DNA of 63,496 nucleotides, counting the filler, from Octopus bimaculoides (Eukaryota): the NCBI RefSeq assembly GCF_001194135.2. It is 5 parts of 5 records of this genome, joined end to end, with 100 filler letters (N's around TTAATTAATTAA, not from the genome) between each part and the next. Parts side by side here need not be neighbours in the genome. Positions count along the whole stretch, not along the records: positions 57,517 to 61,947 come from NC_068984.1; positions 62,048 to 63,496 come from NC_068996.1; 3 more parts are not named here. One strand, written 5' to 3'. Both the position numbers and the translations under genes were made by a program. The notes beneath the pieces are model-generated. The model worked only from the letters and a program-made list of their open reading frames with translations. It did not search any database and was not told the origin of the DNA. Shown piece by piece: positions 61,660 through 63,496 of the stretch (position 1 is its first letter; each line of letters begins with the position of its first letter).

Positions 61660-62117
61660 ATATATAAACATCTATATGTATATAATAGTATAAATAACAT
61701 ATAAACATATGCATATATCCATAGATATATGTACATACCTACATCTATATGTATACATACATGAATATATGGGTACAGAACGTCACAAAAAACGTTAAAC
61801 ACAATGAGTAATTAAAACAAAGACGAAAACAAAATGAACTTTTTTCGAACAAAGAAAAAAACAGAGAAACGAGACATGCAACATAAAGAGTATAACCCTT
61901 CATCAGTTGTCCCTGTTCCATTTACTCCACGTTTATATGCATATATANNNNNNNNNNNNNNNNNNNNNNNNNNNNNNNNNNNNNNNNNNNNTTAATTAAT
62001 TAANNNNNNNNNNNNNNNNNNNNNNNNNNNNNNNNNNNNNNNNNNNNTCTGTCAGTCTGTATTGTTCATGTCTGTGTAATTACATTTGAATTTTTTTAAT
62101 CATTTGTTTCTTTCTAG

Positions 62118-62460
62118 CTTTTACTTATTTCAGTCATCAGAGTGTGGCCATGCTGGACCACTATTGTGTGAGGTTTAGTTGAAACGCCCCCCCCCCTCGT
62201 ACTTATTTTTAAAGTCTGTTGTTCTATTGGTATTGTTTTGCTGAATCTCTGTCATAGGAAAGTCAACAAACCAACACCAGTTGTCAAGTGTTGGGAAGAA
62301 CAGACACAAAGGCACACACATACACAACAGGCTTCTTTCAGTTTTCACCCACCATATCCATCCACAAGGCTTTAGTCGGACCATGGCTATAGAAGAAGAT
62401 TCTTGTTCAAGACATGATCCAGTAGGACACAACCCAAGACCATATAGTTGAGAAGCAAGA
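62118..62460 (-). mobile_element. SINE family B copy
   Basis: Reverse complement of family B. Confidence 0.7.
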
Positions 62461-62469
62461 AATCTGTCT

Positions 62470-63137
62470 GATCTATGCAAAAATGCAATTGTGGACTTTA
62501 CATGACAGAGTGTAAGCGCCCTGAGAGAAAAGTTGGACATAAGAAGCATCAGATGTGGTTTGCAAGAGAGACGACTGCACTGGTATTGTCATGTGTTGTG
62601 TATGGATGAGGACAGCTGTGTGAAAATGTGTCACACCCTAACAGTGGAAGGTAGATCCAGGAAGACATGAGATAAGGTTGTGAAGCACGACCTTTGAATG
62701 TTGGGCCTCACAGAGGCAATGACAAGCAATCGAGACCTTTGGAGATATACTGTGATTGAAAAGACCCGGCAAGTCAAGTGAGATCGTAGCTGTGGCTGAT
62801 GCCATTGTCGCATAACTGGTCCATTTAAAAGTACCCTTAAATTGTCAAGCAATATGCTGTGCTTGAGAAGACCTTTTTAAGTTAAGCAAAATCGTAGTTG
62901 TGACCGATGCCAGTGCTGTCTGACTGGTACCTGTGCTGGTGGTATTTACAAAGCATCATTCGAGCACGGTTGATATCAGTGCCGCCTGATTGCCCCGCCT
63001 ACCGGTGGCATATAAAAAGCACCCACTACACTCTGAGAGTGGTTGGTGTTAGGAAGGGCATCCAGCTGTAGAAACTTTGCCACACCAGATTCAATCCATG
63101 CCAGCATGGAAAACAGACGTTAAACGATGATGATGAT
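62470..63137 (+). mobile_element. 5'-truncated RTE-clade LINE: ORF2 C-terminus, 3' UTR, (GAT)n tail
   Basis: 62521-62781: LREKLDIRSIRCGLQERRLHWYCHVLCMDEDSCVKMCHTLTVEGRSRKT*DKVVKHDL*MLGLTEAMTSNRDLWRYTVIEKTRQVK*; UTR holds 2-3 units related to the 66-bp array unit. Confidence 0.87.
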
Positions 63138-63496
63138 ATATATATNNNNNNNNNNNNNNNNNNNNNNNNNNNNNNNNNNNNNNNNNNNNNNNNNNNNNNN
63201 NNNNNNNNNNNNNNNNNNNNNNNNNNNNNNNNNNNNNNNNNNNNNTGTGTCTCTCTGTCTGAGTGGGTGTATTGTTTTAAATATCCTTGTGGTGTGTGTG
63301 TGTGCGTGTGTGTGTGTGTGTAAGCAAACGTATGTGTGTGATGGTTCATATGTATGTGTATGTCTATGTCTGTGTGCGTGCGTGCGTGTGTGGCATGTGT
63401 ATATAAGTATTGTGTGTTTTATCTATGGTAGGATGGTGTGTGTATGTGTGTGCACGTTTGTGTGAGTGTGTATGTGTGTGATTAATATTTGTTAGG

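Noticed and set aside
61790-61925. Minus-strand GACAA-CTGATGA-AGGG, possible fourth hammerhead family
   Set aside because: No GAAAC/GUH partner or stem I found in the visible sequence; upstream part is lost in a gap.
2634-63465. Most long ORFs in the track (poly-YI, CV, HT, LS, X-rich)
   Set aside because: Translations of (TA)n, (GT)n, (CA)n, (GA)n microsatellites and N gaps.

Overview
Eukaryotic, AT-rich, microsatellite-dense draft-assembly DNA with many N gaps. The SINE/LINE repertoire and simple-repeat load look like a coleoid cephalopod (Octopus-like); this is inference, no search was run. Almost all ORFs in the track are microsatellite or gap read-throughs. The only convincing host coding sequence is one 245-bp internal exon on the minus strand (19363-19607) resembling IQCG/DRC9, with a CCAAT box and two RFX X-boxes about 2 kb upstream. 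The rest is intronic/intergenic: three tRNA-headed SINE families, 3' fragments of RTE, Tx1 and R4/Dong-like LINEs, a decayed DD34E Tc1 element with long TIRs, a DD37D (maT) fragment, a hAT deletion derivative, foldback MITE-like elements and several minisatellites. The most unusual signals are (i) six hammerhead-ribozyme-like motifs from three repeat families in the first 16 kb, one with a 59-nt insertion in stem II, and (ii) a full-length U6 snRNA pseudogene at the centre of a ~390-bp foldback whose arms include the U6 3' end, with another U6 remnant 0.9 kb away. All identifications come from manual reading and translation; coordinates of degenerate repeats are approximate.
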